Origin: an uncultured delta proteobacterium
GTDB taxonomy: Bacteria; Desulfobacterota; Syntrophia; Syntrophales; Smithellaceae
Direction of reading: 5' to 3'
DNA length: 64,000 bases
Assembly: GCA_963845095.1 (NCBI GenBank)
Contig: CAWJQM010000016.1
Coordinates: 187,183 to 251,182, forward strand
Part shown: positions 17,485-28,587 of the stretch, piece after piece
Layout: every line of letters begins with the position of its first letter
How positions within the stretch are numbered: position 1 is the first letter of the stretch
Program-made: the position numbers and the translations under genes
The notes under the pieces: generated by a model
What the model was told of the DNA's origin: nothing
The model's database searches: none
Seen by the model: only the letters and a program-made list of their open reading frames with translations

Positions 17485-19503
17485 CTACTTGTAGAACTTT
17501 TTCCCGAACAGCTTCTCGCTCAATCCGGTCAGGTCGCCCCACTTCATGGGACCGCCCTTATCCGCCGGATATCCGGTGCCCCAAATCATCCCGACATCAA
17601 TCATGGCGGGCGAACTGACAATTTTCCGGTCCAGGAGATCCTTGCCGACTTTCAGCATGGATTCGTTAAAACCGTTCTGCATCTCCTCAGCAGATACTTC
17701 TTTCGGCGTTCCCTTGGCAATCAGCGGCAGGACTTCGGGATCGACACTGCCATCTTTGAGGAAGAATCCCTTGCCCGATTTTTTCAGGCCGCATCTCCCT
17801 GCTTCCACGACATTCTTCAGCGTCGGTTCGACAAATCCCATCCCTTTCATGGCCTTGTAAGGAACATCGATGCCGACTTCATCGACCAGGCGAATCGGCC
17901 CCACCGGCATACCGAAGGAGGTCACGGCGCTATCCACCTTCTCGATGGAATTGCCCGCTTCCAGGTATTCCAGGGCCAGTTTGAGGTAAGGGAACAGGAG
18001 GGCGTTGACAACAAAGCCCGGATTGTCGAGGCAGACGATGGGACGTTTCCGAATGAGCCCCGTGAAATTCAAGAGGTTGTCAATGGTTTCCTGGGCAGTC
18101 TGTTCACCGCGGATCACCTCCACGAGCTCCATCATCCAGACGGGGGAGAAGAAATGGATGCCTCCGAACCGCGCCGGATTGGTGACAAAGGGCGCCATCG
18201 AGGTGATGGGGATGGAAGAGGTATTGCTCGCCACAATGCAGTCCTCCCGGACTACCTTGCTCAGTTCTCCGTAGACCTGTTTTTTGACGCCGATTTCTTC
18301 GAAGACGGCCTCGATGACGATATCTACCTCTTTAAACGCATCGATATAGTCCGATGTGGTGGTGAGGCGGGACATCAGATCTTCTACCGGTTCCTTCAGG
18401 CGCTTTTTCTCGGCCATTCCGCCCAGTATTTTCCGAAGAAAGGCCTTGCCCGGTTCCAGAGCTTCGGGAATGTCCTTCACCAGGACAGGAATCTTCGTAT
18501 TGCGCAGGATGTCGATAATGATCCCCCGGCCCATTGTGCCGAAGCCAAGGACCGCAGCCTTGTTGATTGTCTTGGGAGTGAAGCCCTTTGTCATCATGCC
18601 TTTGGGCTTGTCCGTCATCCCCTTGATGAAAAATGTATTGATGCTGCCTTTGGCCTGATTGCTCAGCAGCACCTTGACGAAGTTCTCCTTCTCCAGTTCC
18701 AGGCCCTCTTCCAGAGAGAGCTTGACGCCCCGGTGCATGGCATCGAGGGCATAGATGGGTCCCGGGATCTCGCGCCCCTTCGTAGCCTTGAGTATCCCCT
18801 GTTTGGCCATATCCGCGATGGCATCAACCTGGGAGAAGTCCTGGACGGGACGCTTCAGGTCTGCCTTCCCGGCGCTGATTTCCGCGAGAAAGGCCTTTGC
18901 TGCGATCAGCAGGTCGGCATCGGCGGGAATGAGCCGGTCGATGATCCCCAATTCCAGAGCTTTCGCCGCCGGCAGCATCTTTCCTTTGAGGATCAGCTCA
19001 AAGGCCGGATAACCGATCAGCCGGGGCAGCCGCTGGGTTCCGCCCCCGCCGGGGAAGAGGCCGACGTTGCATTCCGGCAGGCCGATGAGCGTAGTTTTTC
19101 CCTCTTTGGCAATACGCCCCGTACACGCCAACGAGAATTCCAGCCCGCCACCCAGGCAATGCCCGTGTATCGCCGCCACGGAAGGATAAGCCAATTGGCT
19201 CATCCGGGCAAAGCAACCGTGGAAGACATCCAGGATCTTCCGGGCCACATCGGCAGACTCAACCTGTGACATGGTTTTGAGATTGGCCCCGGACTGAAAA
19301 TTGTCCGGCTTTCCGGAAATGAAAATGATCCCCCGGAGCCCCTTTTCCTTCTCCACGTCTCCCATCAGCCGGGCGAAATCTGCAAAGGCCGCATCCGTCC
19401 ATGTGTTCATCGCGTCACCGACCACATCAAAGGTAACGACGCCGACACCATCCTCCACCCGCATGTTGAAAATTTGACTCATGAAGCACCTCCTTGTTTT
19501 CAA
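17485..19503 (-). CDS. bifunctional enoyl-CoA hydratase / 3-hydroxyacyl-CoA dehydrogenase (FadB/FadJ-like)
   Basis: 672 aa. N-terminal crotonase fold (..AAIHGHCLGGGLEF..). C-terminal NAD-binding GFGTMGRGI and the HCDH domain. Confidence 0.9.
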   Translation of the reverse strand: MKTRRCFMSQIFNMRVEDGVGVVTFDVVGDAMNTWTDAAFADFARLMGDVEKEKGLRGIIFISGKPDNFQSGANLKTMSQVESADVARKILDVFHGCFARMSQLAYPSVAAIHGHCLGGGLEFSLACTGRIAKEGKTTLIGLPECNVGLFPGGGGTQRLPRLIGYPAFELILKGKMLPAAKALELGIIDRLIPADADLLIAAKAFLAEISAGKADLKRPVQDFSQVDAIADMAKQGILKATKGREIPGPIYALDAMHRGVKLSLEEGLELEKENFVKVLLSNQAKGSINTFFIKGMTDKPKGMMTKGFTPKTINKAAVLGFGTMGRGIIIDILRNTKIPVLVKDIPEALEPGKAFLRKILGGMAEKKRLKEPVEDLMSRLTTTSDYIDAFKEVDIVIEAVFEEIGVKKQVYGELSKVVREDCIVASNTSSIPITSMAPFVTNPARFGGIHFFSPVWMMELVEVIRGEQTAQETIDNLLNFTGLIRKRPIVCLDNPGFVVNALLFPYLKLALEYLEAGNSIEKVDSAVTSFGMPVGPIRLVDEVGIDVPYKAMKGMGFVEPTLKNVVEAGRCGLKKSGKGFFLKDGSVDPEVLPLIAKGTPKEVSAEEMQNGFNESMLKVGKDLLDRKIVSSPAMIDVGMIWGTGYPADKGGPMKWGDLTGLSEKLFGKKFYK

Positions 19504-19773
19504 GATTTATTTGCAATAACGAAACTAATATTGATTGTCTGCATTTTACCAGCGCCCGGGAAACTGCTGAAGATCAGGCGCGATGTCACCGATCTGCTGA
19601 AAAACCGTGCTTCCTGCCTTGCTGCTCTAATAACTGCTGAGTGAATTTTTTTATTCTTGATAAGATGTTGACTCTCTGTCAAGTAAAATTTAAGAAAATA
19701 TTTCCCGGCGGATAAATAACTTTTTATTGCTTATTCTCATTGTATTCTATACCTTACATAATCAATGAATTAA

Positions 19774-20982
19774 ATGTCGGGATGGTATTTAAAAAAACTG
19801 TTTCCCGGAATCGAGGCAGGTATGACGGAATCTCCAAAGAAACTAACTTTTTTCGAGGCGGCATCCATTATTACCGGTTACGGCATCGGCGGGGGAATCA
19901 TGGCCATGCCTTATCTGGCATCTCTTACGGGGCTCGTTCCTATGGTGCTGATTCTTCTGGCCGCTTACTTTCTCAGTCTTTTGCTGCACCTCATGGCGGC
20001 CGAAATCATGCTGCGTGACGGCGAGAGCAGACAAATAATTGAGCTTTTTGGCAAGTACCTGTTTCAGGGCCGCCTGGCGGGAGTCATAACATGGCTGGTT
20101 TTCAGTATGATCGTGGCGGCATTTATCGCCAGTCTTTCGGCCTACATTGCCGGTGGGGGAGAAATCCTCCGGGAACTTCTCGGAATACCGGTATGGGTCG
20201 GTCATTGCTTTACCTACGCAATTGCGGCGGGGGTTGTTTTCTTCGGGCTGAAGGTGCTGGGAATGAGCGAGAAATATGCCGTTATTGCCATTGTGCTCCT
20301 CATTGTGAGTTTGGCACTGGCCTCCCTGCGTCTGCCCTATGCACTGCCGTTATTTGCCCAAGGCCATTCCAACGCCTCCCTGGCGCTCTTCGGCATGAGC
20401 ATGTTCAGCTTCTTCGCCCTCTTTTCCGTGCCCCAGGTTGTGCAGGGGCTTTCCTGGAACAAGCGGCTTATTCCGCGCGCTATCGTGACGGGCATGGCTA
20501 TTAACGGTATTGTGACCTTAATTCTCGTCCTGATTAGCATCGGTGTAACAAAGCAGGTGACCCGCATTGCCATCATCGGCCTGGGGCAGGCTCTCGGGAG
20601 CTGGGCCAATGGCATTGGCTCGCTTTTCATCCTGCTGGCAATGCTCACCAGTTACTGGTCTGTATCATTTGCCCTTGCGGTTGCGGTGCAGGAGCGTCTC
20701 GGCTGGGGACAGCGGGTCTCCTGGCTTATGGCAACGCTGCCTTCCTTCATTATTGTCATAGCCCAGGTAAGCGACTTTCTGGGTTTCATGAGAATAGCCG
20801 GGGGAGCCATTGCGGTGCTGGTGGCCATCATGATTGTGCCCCTCCTCAACGCTACCCGCCGCCATGGGCCGGTCAAGAATCCCGAATGGAGCATGGGCGT
20901 CTGGGGCAAACCGGCATTTCAAATCCTGGTCGTGCTCGCCTTTCTCCTGATGGCGGCAGGTTCGCTGGTGACTATTTCCTAG
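19774..20982 (+). CDS. amino-acid permease, Trp/Tyr-permease-like (HAAAP) family
   Basis: About 11 predicted TM helices. N-terminal FEAASIITGYGIGGGIMAMPY. The start may be Met17 (19822). Confidence 0.6.
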   Translation: MSGWYLKKLFPGIEAGMTESPKKLTFFEAASIITGYGIGGGIMAMPYLASLTGLVPMVLILLAAYFLSLLLHLMAAEIMLRDGESRQIIELFGKYLFQGRLAGVITWLVFSMIVAAFIASLSAYIAGGGEILRELLGIPVWVGHCFTYAIAAGVVFFGLKVLGMSEKYAVIAIVLLIVSLALASLRLPYALPLFAQGHSNASLALFGMSMFSFFALFSVPQVVQGLSWNKRLIPRAIVTGMAINGIVTLILVLISIGVTKQVTRIAIIGLGQALGSWANGIGSLFILLAMLTSYWSVSFALAVAVQERLGWGQRVSWLMATLPSFIIVIAQVSDFLGFMRIAGGAIAVLVAIMIVPLLNATRRHGPVKNPEWSMGVWGKPAFQILVVLAFLLMAAGSLVTIS

Positions 20983-20999
20983 GCCAGACAAGACATCTG

Positions 21000-22604
21000 C
21001 TACCTTGAGTACAGAACCTCTCCATCGATACAGGTGGCGCGCACTTCGATGGCGTGTATTTCCTCGGGACGCACACGCAGGGGATCCGCGGACAGGGAGA
21101 CCAAATCGGCGCACTTACCGGGCGTTATTGTGCCCCGGCGATCCTCCTCGAACTGGGCATAGGCCGCATGTTTGGTGTACATAGCCAACGCCTGAGTCAC
21201 GGATATCCTCTGTCCGGGCACATATCCTTCCCGTGTAACCGCGCACTCCACCGCTGCCAGTACCCGTTGGGTTTCCACCGGAGAATCCGACGAACCCGCC
21301 AGCGGGATTCCCTCATCAAGAACAGAGCGCAAAGGGTAGGTGTCCTCCATGCGGAATGTTCCGATCCTCTTTTCGAGAAAGGGACTATCCGAATGGATGA
21401 ACATTGGTTGCATGGAGAGCACTAGTCCCAGTTCCTTGACTTGGCGCAGCATTGCAGCATCCATCATTGCAGCATGTTCAATGCGGTGGCGATGGTCGGG
21501 ACGCGGATAATTCTGCAACAGGCGGGAATAAAGGTCGATGCAAAGTCGATTGGCCCGGTCGCCGATAGCATGAATCGCGAGCTGATATCCTGCACAGTGT
21601 GCCTTGGACATGAGATCAAAGAGAGCGTTTTCCTCATAGAGCAGGAAGCCGGCATTGTCCGGTTGGTCGGAATAGGGCGTTTGCATGGCGGCAGTGGAAG
21701 AACCGAAGGTGCCGTCGGCGATGATTTTCATGCCTCCTACACGCGTGCGGCCGGGGGAAGCGGCTCCCTGAAGCCAGAAATCCTTTGCTTTCGTTAGCGC
21801 TTCGGTGTCCCTGCCCATGAGTAAAAGATAAAGCGCCTGGGGAATATGCCCCCGCAGCAGCTCCAGAAGAGGCAGATCGAAGGCTCCGATCCGCCCCCCG
21901 GGCCCGTAAGGATCGGTCTGCAGGATAGCGCCCAGTGATGTTATGCCGTAGCCAAGCATGATTCCAAACGTCTTTTGCACCCCGGCAACGAGCTCTTCCA
22001 TGCCGGGCATGGGCACGTGGTTCAGAATGAGCGGCACGGCATTCTCGCGAAAAAAGCCCAGGGGGTCACCGTGCTCGTCGCGGTCAATAATGCCGCCGGC
22101 TGGTTCCGGTGTTGCCGCCGATATGCCCGCAGCCGCAAGAGCGCAGGAATTGGCGAGCACCGAATGTCCGTCATGCCGCATGATGATCACCGGACGACAG
22201 GAGCTTACGCGGTCGAGATCATAACGGGTCGGCATCTGCGGCTCACAAAAGTGCTGTTCGTCGAAGTTGCAGCCGATAATCCATCCGTCGCCGCTTTTCT
22301 CCCGCTCGGCAGCAGCGAGGCGGCGGATGAGCTCCCCCATATCCCGGACGCCAAGGAGGTTGGTGTTCATATTATAGAAAACTGTCGAGAAGGGATGAAC
22401 ATGGCAGTCGCAAAAGCCGGGCAGCAGCGTCGCTCCCTTAAGATCAAGAGGTTCGAAGCCCGGCCCCAGTGCCGCCCGGCATTCTGATAAATTACCAACC
22501 GTCACGATAACGCCATCCCGGACTGCTACCGCCTCGACGGCAGGCCGGGCTTCATCCAGAGTGTGGATAGTCCCGCCGTAAAATAAGAGTTCATGGGGTC
22601 GCAT
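21000..22604 (-). CDS. amidohydrolase-family metal-dependent hydrolase (Amidohydro_3 / YtcJ-like)
   Basis: 534 aa. ..LLPGFCDCHVHP.. metal-binding start. C-terminal ..GSSDSPV.. and ..GTITPGKCADLV.. patterns. Confidence 0.8.
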   Translation of the reverse strand: MRPHELLFYGGTIHTLDEARPAVEAVAVRDGVIVTVGNLSECRAALGPGFEPLDLKGATLLPGFCDCHVHPFSTVFYNMNTNLLGVRDMGELIRRLAAAEREKSGDGWIIGCNFDEQHFCEPQMPTRYDLDRVSSCRPVIIMRHDGHSVLANSCALAAAGISAATPEPAGGIIDRDEHGDPLGFFRENAVPLILNHVPMPGMEELVAGVQKTFGIMLGYGITSLGAILQTDPYGPGGRIGAFDLPLLELLRGHIPQALYLLLMGRDTEALTKAKDFWLQGAASPGRTRVGGMKIIADGTFGSSTAAMQTPYSDQPDNAGFLLYEENALFDLMSKAHCAGYQLAIHAIGDRANRLCIDLYSRLLQNYPRPDHRHRIEHAAMMDAAMLRQVKELGLVLSMQPMFIHSDSPFLEKRIGTFRMEDTYPLRSVLDEGIPLAGSSDSPVETQRVLAAVECAVTREGYVPGQRISVTQALAMYTKHAAYAQFEEDRRGTITPGKCADLVSLSADPLRVRPEEIHAIEVRATCIDGEVLYSR

Positions 22605-22613
22605 AATGCTTTT

Positions 22614-23460
22614 TCATCCTCCGGCTTCCTGCCAACTGACAATATAATCGTGGGATTTCCTTTCGGGGGCGTGTTCATTAATCCGCCATTGGCCGCTGAG
22701 GCCCAGTTCGCGTGTCGTGAGCTCAAAATGGCTCAGGGCAATGCCCAGGTCAATATCCTGAATGGGAACTTCCCGTAATTTGTAGCCAAATGCCCGCTCC
22801 AGATAAAAATGAAAATTATTGGCGGCGGCAGCACGTAAAATACGCCAGGGCTGCTTGTTGGAGGCCGACGGTGCCAGGCGAATATTTTCCAGCGCACGGA
22901 GAATATTTTCCGGCCTGCTCCGGAGTTAAAGGCGTAGAGAAATTTTCCGTAAAGAAGATATCCTTCCAGGGCTTTCGGTGATCAGATCCGGCGGAGAGGC
23001 GAAATATTTTGTCGGTTAATGATTTGCGGTCAGCAGGATAGCCGACAGGGCTGACCGCGGGAAGGAACTCGTTTTCCTGCAAGTTTATTGCCTGGGCAAA
23101 ACCGCCGGCATTGAAAGTGCCCGCCATCCAGCAGGTCCCCAGTCCGAGTGCTGTTGCCTCTAATATTAATAGTTCCATACAGTAGCCGAAATCCACAACT
23201 GCTTTGCTGCTTTTCTTAATTGCTCCGGTCAGAAAAAGCCGCGCGTTTTTGATTACTCCGTAAGTGCCCAGTTTTTTCCATTTTTCGGGCGAGGACATAT
23301 CCAGCTTGATTAATTGAAATCTGGGTTTGCCGCCAAATGGCCCCGCATGCTCAGCGGCAACAAGAGAGTCCAATTTCCGCAGAAGCTCATCGTCCAGCGG
23401 TTTATCGGCATAAGTGCGGCACGAAAAGCGCTTTTGAATTAATTCAGTTATGTCCGGCAT
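22614..23460 (-). CDS. nitroreductase-family protein (~281 aa); frame broken once
   Basis: ORF 22816..23460 (..RFSCRTYADKPL..). The next frame continues RALENIRLAPSASNKQPWRIL....WQEAGG* (stop 22614-22616). Break at ~22897-22903. The stop lies 9 nt before the amidohydrolase start. Confidence 0.8.
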
Positions 23461-23619
23461 GATCTTTCCTAAAAAATTTTGTTGGAAAAAATACTCAGTA
23501 AATGTACTATAAGTAGGCTGAAAAGAAAAACTTTTTTCAAAAATATTGTCATAATAAAATAAACATGCCCAAAGTCAGGAAGCATATTTTTTACAAAGTC
23601 GTCCAATAGGGAGCCATAT

Positions 23620-25185
23620 ATGAAGCTAGCCAATGTAAATGAAATGCGTTCTATGGATCATTACGCCATGGAAAAGCTGGGGATCAGCGAAGAAATCCTG
23701 ATGGAAAATGCCGGTCTTGCGGCGGTTCATCTGCTGCAAAAAGAAATCGGCATCAGCGGCAAAAAATTTGTCATATTTTGCGGTTCCGGCAACAACGGCG
23801 GCGACGGCCTGGTGGTGGCCCGCCAAATCCATTCTAATGGCGGCAAGGCCAAAGTGTTCCTGCTCGGCGATCCCAAAAAGTACCGCGGCGCGGCGAAAAC
23901 CAATTGGAAAATTTTGGCAAAATTGCCTGTTGATATAATAAAAATCAATGCGGCTCGAGATGCCCGCAGGGATATCCTGCATTGCGATGTCGTTGTCGAT
24001 GCGATATTCGGCACCGGCCTTGATCGGGAGATAACAGGATTAGCGGCGGATGTCATACAGCTTATCAACAGTTGCGGGTGGAAAGTCATCTCTCTGGATA
24101 TTCCTTCCGGGATTAATGGCAATACCGGTGAAATTATGGGCAGGGCAGTCAAAGCTGACTATACCGTAACTTTTGGTCTGCCGAAAACCGGCAATATGCT
24201 TTATCCCGGTTATGAGCTTTGCGGCAAACTTTTTGCCACGCATATCTCCTTTCCTCCCTCCCTTTATGGGCGCGGTGAACTTCAGGTGGAAACCAACAGT
24301 CGTGTGTCCTTGTCGCCGCGTCCGGCGGAAGCATACAAAGGATCGATGGGCGATGTGCTCTTTATAGCCGGAGCGGCCAACTACTTTGGCGCCCCTTATT
24401 TTTCGGCGATGTCATTTTTGAAAGCAGGCGGGGGTTATGCCCGACTTGCCGCACCGCAATCAATAGTGCCTTTTATTGCCGAGAACGGCCGTGAAATTGT
24501 TTATCTGCCGCAGGCGGAAACCGGCGCCGGAAGCATCGCCCTGAAGAATAAAGAGCAACTGCTGGCAGCAGCGGAGAATGTCGATATGGTGGTCATCGGA
24601 CCGGGCCTCTCTTTACAGAAGGAAACAGCGCGGCTGGTGAAAGACCTTGTAGCCGGGATCAAAGTTCCTCTTCTGATCGATGGCGACGGCCTTACTGCCG
24701 TAGCTGCTGATCCGTCAATTCTCCGGAAGCGAAAAAATCCCACGATCCTGACCCCGCATTTGGGCGAAATGGCAAAGCTTTCCAGAAAATCTCCAGCGGA
24801 CATTAGTGCCAATAAGATAGAAATTTTGCAGGAGAAGGCAAAGCAGCTGCAATCCATAATTGTTTTAAAAGGCGCCCATTCTTTGATCGGAATGCCCAAT
24901 GGCAATGTCTATATCAATTTAAGCGGTAATTCCGGAATGGCCACCGCCGGTTCCGGGGATGTCCTGACCGGCTGCATTGCGGCAATGTTCGGTTTGGGGT
25001 TGGCGCCGGATAAGGCAACACGCAAAGGAGTTTTTCTGCATGGCTACGCCGGTGATCTGGCCGCGTTACAAAAAGGCGCCGACGGCATTACGGCCAAAGA
25101 TATCATGGATTTTCTTCCGCTGGCCTTGAAAAATGACCGGGCCGGGAATATTGATGAATATTATGAACCGCCGGTTATTTCCTAG
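23620..25185 (+). CDS. nnr: bifunctional NAD(P)H-hydrate epimerase / ADP-dependent dehydratase
   Basis: 521 aa. YjeF_N motif GSGNNGGDG and C-terminal kinase-like GSGDVLTG. Confidence 0.9.
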   Translation: MKLANVNEMRSMDHYAMEKLGISEEILMENAGLAAVHLLQKEIGISGKKFVIFCGSGNNGGDGLVVARQIHSNGGKAKVFLLGDPKKYRGAAKTNWKILAKLPVDIIKINAARDARRDILHCDVVVDAIFGTGLDREITGLAADVIQLINSCGWKVISLDIPSGINGNTGEIMGRAVKADYTVTFGLPKTGNMLYPGYELCGKLFATHISFPPSLYGRGELQVETNSRVSLSPRPAEAYKGSMGDVLFIAGAANYFGAPYFSAMSFLKAGGGYARLAAPQSIVPFIAENGREIVYLPQAETGAGSIALKNKEQLLAAAENVDMVVIGPGLSLQKETARLVKDLVAGIKVPLLIDGDGLTAVAADPSILRKRKNPTILTPHLGEMAKLSRKSPADISANKIEILQEKAKQLQSIIVLKGAHSLIGMPNGNVYINLSGNSGMATAGSGDVLTGCIAAMFGLGLAPDKATRKGVFLHGYAGDLAALQKGADGITAKDIMDFLPLALKNDRAGNIDEYYEPPVIS

Positions 25186-25218
25186 CGCCGCAAATTTTGA
25201 ACAGCTTGTGGAGGTTAG

Positions 25219-25699
25219 ATGGAAGCAATTTCCAGTGTCTGGCCATGGTACATTGCCGGTCCTTTGATTGGTTTGTTTGTTCCATCCCTTTTAATTGCCG
25301 GTAATAAGTTATTGGGTATCTCCAGCTCGTTGCAACACATATGTTCTATTGTACTGAACACAAAAAAATTTGCCGCTTCCGGTTACAACCCGTCAGCAAA
25401 TCGCTGGAAATTTTTCTTTGTACTTGGCATTGCGCTCGGCGGGTTGGCTGCCAAGCTTTTTCTGGGTGCCGGCGATATAGATTTTCTACCCCGGCAATAT
25501 TATACCTGGAAAGGATTGATCCTTCTTTTCACCGGCGGATTTCTGATCGGATTCGGGACGCGTTATGCGAATGGTTGCACGGCAGGCCATACCATTTCCG
25601 GAATTGCAACTCTGCAGCTCTCGGGACGTGGTTGCAACAATTTCTTTTTTTGTTGGCGGATTAATCTATACTCAATTATTTTTTCTTCTTTTTAATTAA
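25219..25699 (+). CDS. YeeE/YedE-family (sulfur-compound transporter-like) membrane protein; frame broken near the 3' end
   Basis: ..GFGTRYANGCTAGHTISG.. signature. The C-terminal helix VVATISFFVGGLIYTQLFFLLFN* lies in the next frame (break ~25620-25630). Confidence 0.75.
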
Positions 25700-25713
25700 G
25701 CGAGCTCAGAGCT

Positions 25714-26126
25714 ATGCAAGACATAAAATATATTTTTTGGGGGATAGCCTTCGGTATCTTACTGACCAAAGCGGACTTGATCAGCTGGTTCAGAATCAAG
25801 AATATGTTTCTCTTTAAAGAGGCACACCTGTATCTGGTAATATTTTCCGCCATCGCAACTGCGGCGCTTGCAGTTTTTCTGATCAGGCATTTTAAACTGA
25901 AGACACTGGCCGGTCAGGAGATTGTAATAGAAAGAGAAGGCATTGAACAAAGGAACCGTTATCGGCGGAGTAATGTTTGGTATCGGCTGGGCGGCAACCG
26001 GCGCTTGCGCGGGACCAATCTTTGCACAGATCGGCGCCGGCGAATGGGCGAGCGATAATGACATTGATCGGCGCAGTGTTCGGTGCATACTCATACTCGG
26101 TTACCAAATCCAGTCTGCCGCACTGA
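25714..26126 (+). CDS. second YeeE/YedE-family membrane protein; frame broken twice
   Basis: Three consecutive frames give MQDIKYIFWGIAFGILLTKADL.., ..NKGTVIGGVMFGIGWAATGACAGPIFAQIGAGEWA.., ..IMTLIGAVFGAYSYSVTKSSLPH* (stop 26124-26126). Confidence 0.7.
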
Positions 26127-26159
26127 CGTGGCCGATTTTGCCGGCAGAGCTTATGCAAA

Positions 26160-27133
26160 TCAGATGCGTCGGGAAAGAACATATTCCGCCACGGCATTGA
26201 GCTGATTAATTTCCGGGCGTTCATTGAAGATCGGCAGCAGAGCCCGGGCTGCTTTAATATATTTTGCCGCACTCTGCAGGGAATAATCAATGCCCTGATA
26301 TTTATTAATCAGGCTCAAAATCAAAGGAATGACTTTCTCATTGCCCTGCTTGCCGGTAATCAGATTTTGGGCCTGGTCTTTTTCTTCTTTTGTGGCGTTC
26401 TGGAGGGCAAAAATAAGCGGCAGAGTCATTTTGCCCTCTTCCAGGTCTTTGCCGATTGCTTTGCCGAATTCCTGCTCCCGGGCCATATAATCCAGCGTAT
26501 CGTCGGTGATCTGAAAAGCCATGCCGATGTTATAACCGAATTGGTACAGAGCATCAATCCTGTTCTGCGGCGCCGAACCGAGAATAGCCCCGGCGGCACA
26601 GGCCGCAGACAGCAGACAGCAGTTTTCTTTTCGATTATATTTAGATACTCTTCTTCCGTGATGTTGACATCACCGCACTTCATGAGTTGAAAAACTTCGC
26701 CTTCCGACATGACGTTGGTGATTCTCGACATAAGTTTGATCAGGGCGATGTCGCTGATTTCGGAGAGCAGTTTGAATGCCTTGGAATAAAGAAAATCGCC
26801 TACCAGGACGCTGGCGGCATTTCCCCAGATGTTATTGGCGGAGGTTTTCCCGCGGCGAATTGTCGCCTGGTCAATGACATCGTCATGCAGCAGGGATGCA
26901 GTGTGGATAAATTCCATGACGGCCGCCATCGGGAAACGGTGATCGCCATTGTAATCGCAGAGCCGGGAACTGATGAGGAGCAATAGCGGACGGAATCTTT
27001 TTCCGCCGCTGTCAATCAGATGGTGAGCGACCTCGGGGATTAACCTGACTTCCGAAGTCAGATATTTATCCAGGTATTTTTCCATCTGCTGCAGGTCGCT
27101 TTTGTAGGCGGCAAAAACATCTTGAATTTGCAT
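26160..27133 (-). CDS. polyprenyl diphosphate synthase (IspB-like, trans-IPPS); frame broken once
   Basis: First Asp-rich motif LLHDDVID and second FQITDDTLDY. The halves 26426..27133 and 26160..26522 join at KTAV|LLSAACAAGAILG (~26610-26623). Span length is 3n+2. Confidence 0.85.
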
Positions 27134-27232
27134 CGAATTAATACCTTATCTCTATTGAAGATGGATTAAACTATATTTAAAGTAGTGGTGCTTGTCAAAT
27201 GACAATTAAGCAGCGATCTGTCATAATTAAAT

Positions 27233-28587
27233 TTAATCAATGATTCGGGCAAAAAGGTCGTAATCATCAGCGTCAATGATTTTGCATTGGACGATGGCGC
27301 CGGTTTTGGCCTGTCTGCCTTGAACGTAGGTGATGCCGTCAATCTCGGGGGCCTGCCGGCGGCAGCGGCCGGTATAGACATAATCGCTGCGATCGCTTTT
27401 CCCTTCAATTAAAACTTCGCACGTGGTGCCGATTAAGCTTTGATTTATTTTATTCGATATTGCTGCCTGTTCATACATAATAATATCGCGGCGGCGTTCT
27501 TTTTCCGCCTCCGAAATTCTTGCAGCAAGCAGAGCAGCCTTTGTCCCTTCTTCCCGCGAATAGGGGAAAACGCCCAGGTGATCGAACCTTGTCTCGATGA
27601 TGAAATCGAGAAGCCTGTCAAATCTTTTTTGTGTCTCCCCGGGAAAACCGACAATAATTGACGTGCGTAAAGCAACATCGGGAATAATTTCTCTTGCTTG
27701 AGCAATGATTTTTTTAATGCCGGTGCCGGTGACGTTGCGGTTCATTGCCTTTAGAATATGCTCGTCGATGTGCTGGACAGGCAAATCAATATAGCGGCAG
27801 ATTTTCTTACTGCCGGCCAGAGATTTCATCATTTCCGGAGTAATGTGAGCCGGATGGGCATAGAGAAGCCGGATCCAGTCAATTCCCTTTATCCTGGTCA
27901 TCCCGGTTAACAGATCAGGCAGTTGAGGGCGGCTCGGTAAATCCTTGCCGTAAGCTGTTGTGTCCTGTCCGGTGATAATGATTTCCCGAATGCCTCTGGC
28001 TGCCAGCATTGACGCTTCCCGCAGGATGTCTTCCGGCTTCCGGCTGCGGGCTTTGCCCCGGATGTCGGGAATGACACAGTAAGAGCAGCGATTGGAACAG
28101 CCGTCGGAAATCTTTAGATAAGCGCTCACAGAGGTATTGGACAGAATCCGTGCATGCCGCGAAGTCATTAAAAAATCAGGTTTGGTGATAATGGCGGCAC
28201 GCTTTGCATTCGCGGTGCGTAAGCGAGCTTACATGGGCTCGTTATATTGCCTACTTCTCCCGTGCCGACATATAAATCAACCTCGGGTATCTCTGCGAGA
28301 AGCTGCTGGCCATAGCGCTGCGCCAGGCATCCCGCGACGACAAGACGAAATTGACGGCTGCCTTCTTTTTTTTCGCGGGCGAGCAGCAATATCTCTTCGA
28401 GAGCTTCTTCCTTGGCCGGATTAATAAAAGCGCACGTATTGACAATGACGATATCAGCCAGTTCGCGGCGGGGAACGATTTGCAGGCCGGATTTACTGAG
28501 CAGCCCGCCCATTACTTCCGAATCAATCAAATTCTTCGGGCAGCCCAGGCTGATGATATGAATTGTTTTTGGCTTGGTCACCTTCAC
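27233..28587 (-). CDS. rimO: ribosomal protein S12 methylthiotransferase; frame broken once
   Basis: N-terminal UPF0004 domain (ISLGCPKNLIDSE). Radical-SAM CSNRCSYC. C-terminal TRAM domain. The halves join between GTGEVGNI and ARLRTANAKRAAIITKPDFL (~28230-28250). Confidence 0.85.

Noticed and set aside
17410-19269. 619-aa plus-strand ORF, the longest unannotated ORF in the window
   Set aside because: It is the antisense shadow of the fadB-like gene (17485..19503, minus). Its translation is Arg/Gly/His/Pro-rich and low in complexity, with no recognisable motif. The minus-strand product is a complete, motif-bearing enzyme.
22880-22915. 11-bp direct repeat GGAAAATATTC x2 (apparent AGKYSP duplication) in the nitroreductase gene
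   Set aside because: In the corrected frame the two copies encode different peptides (GKYS and ENIR). The apparent protein repeat is therefore an artefact of reading the second copy out of frame. The nucleotide repeat itself is probably chance.
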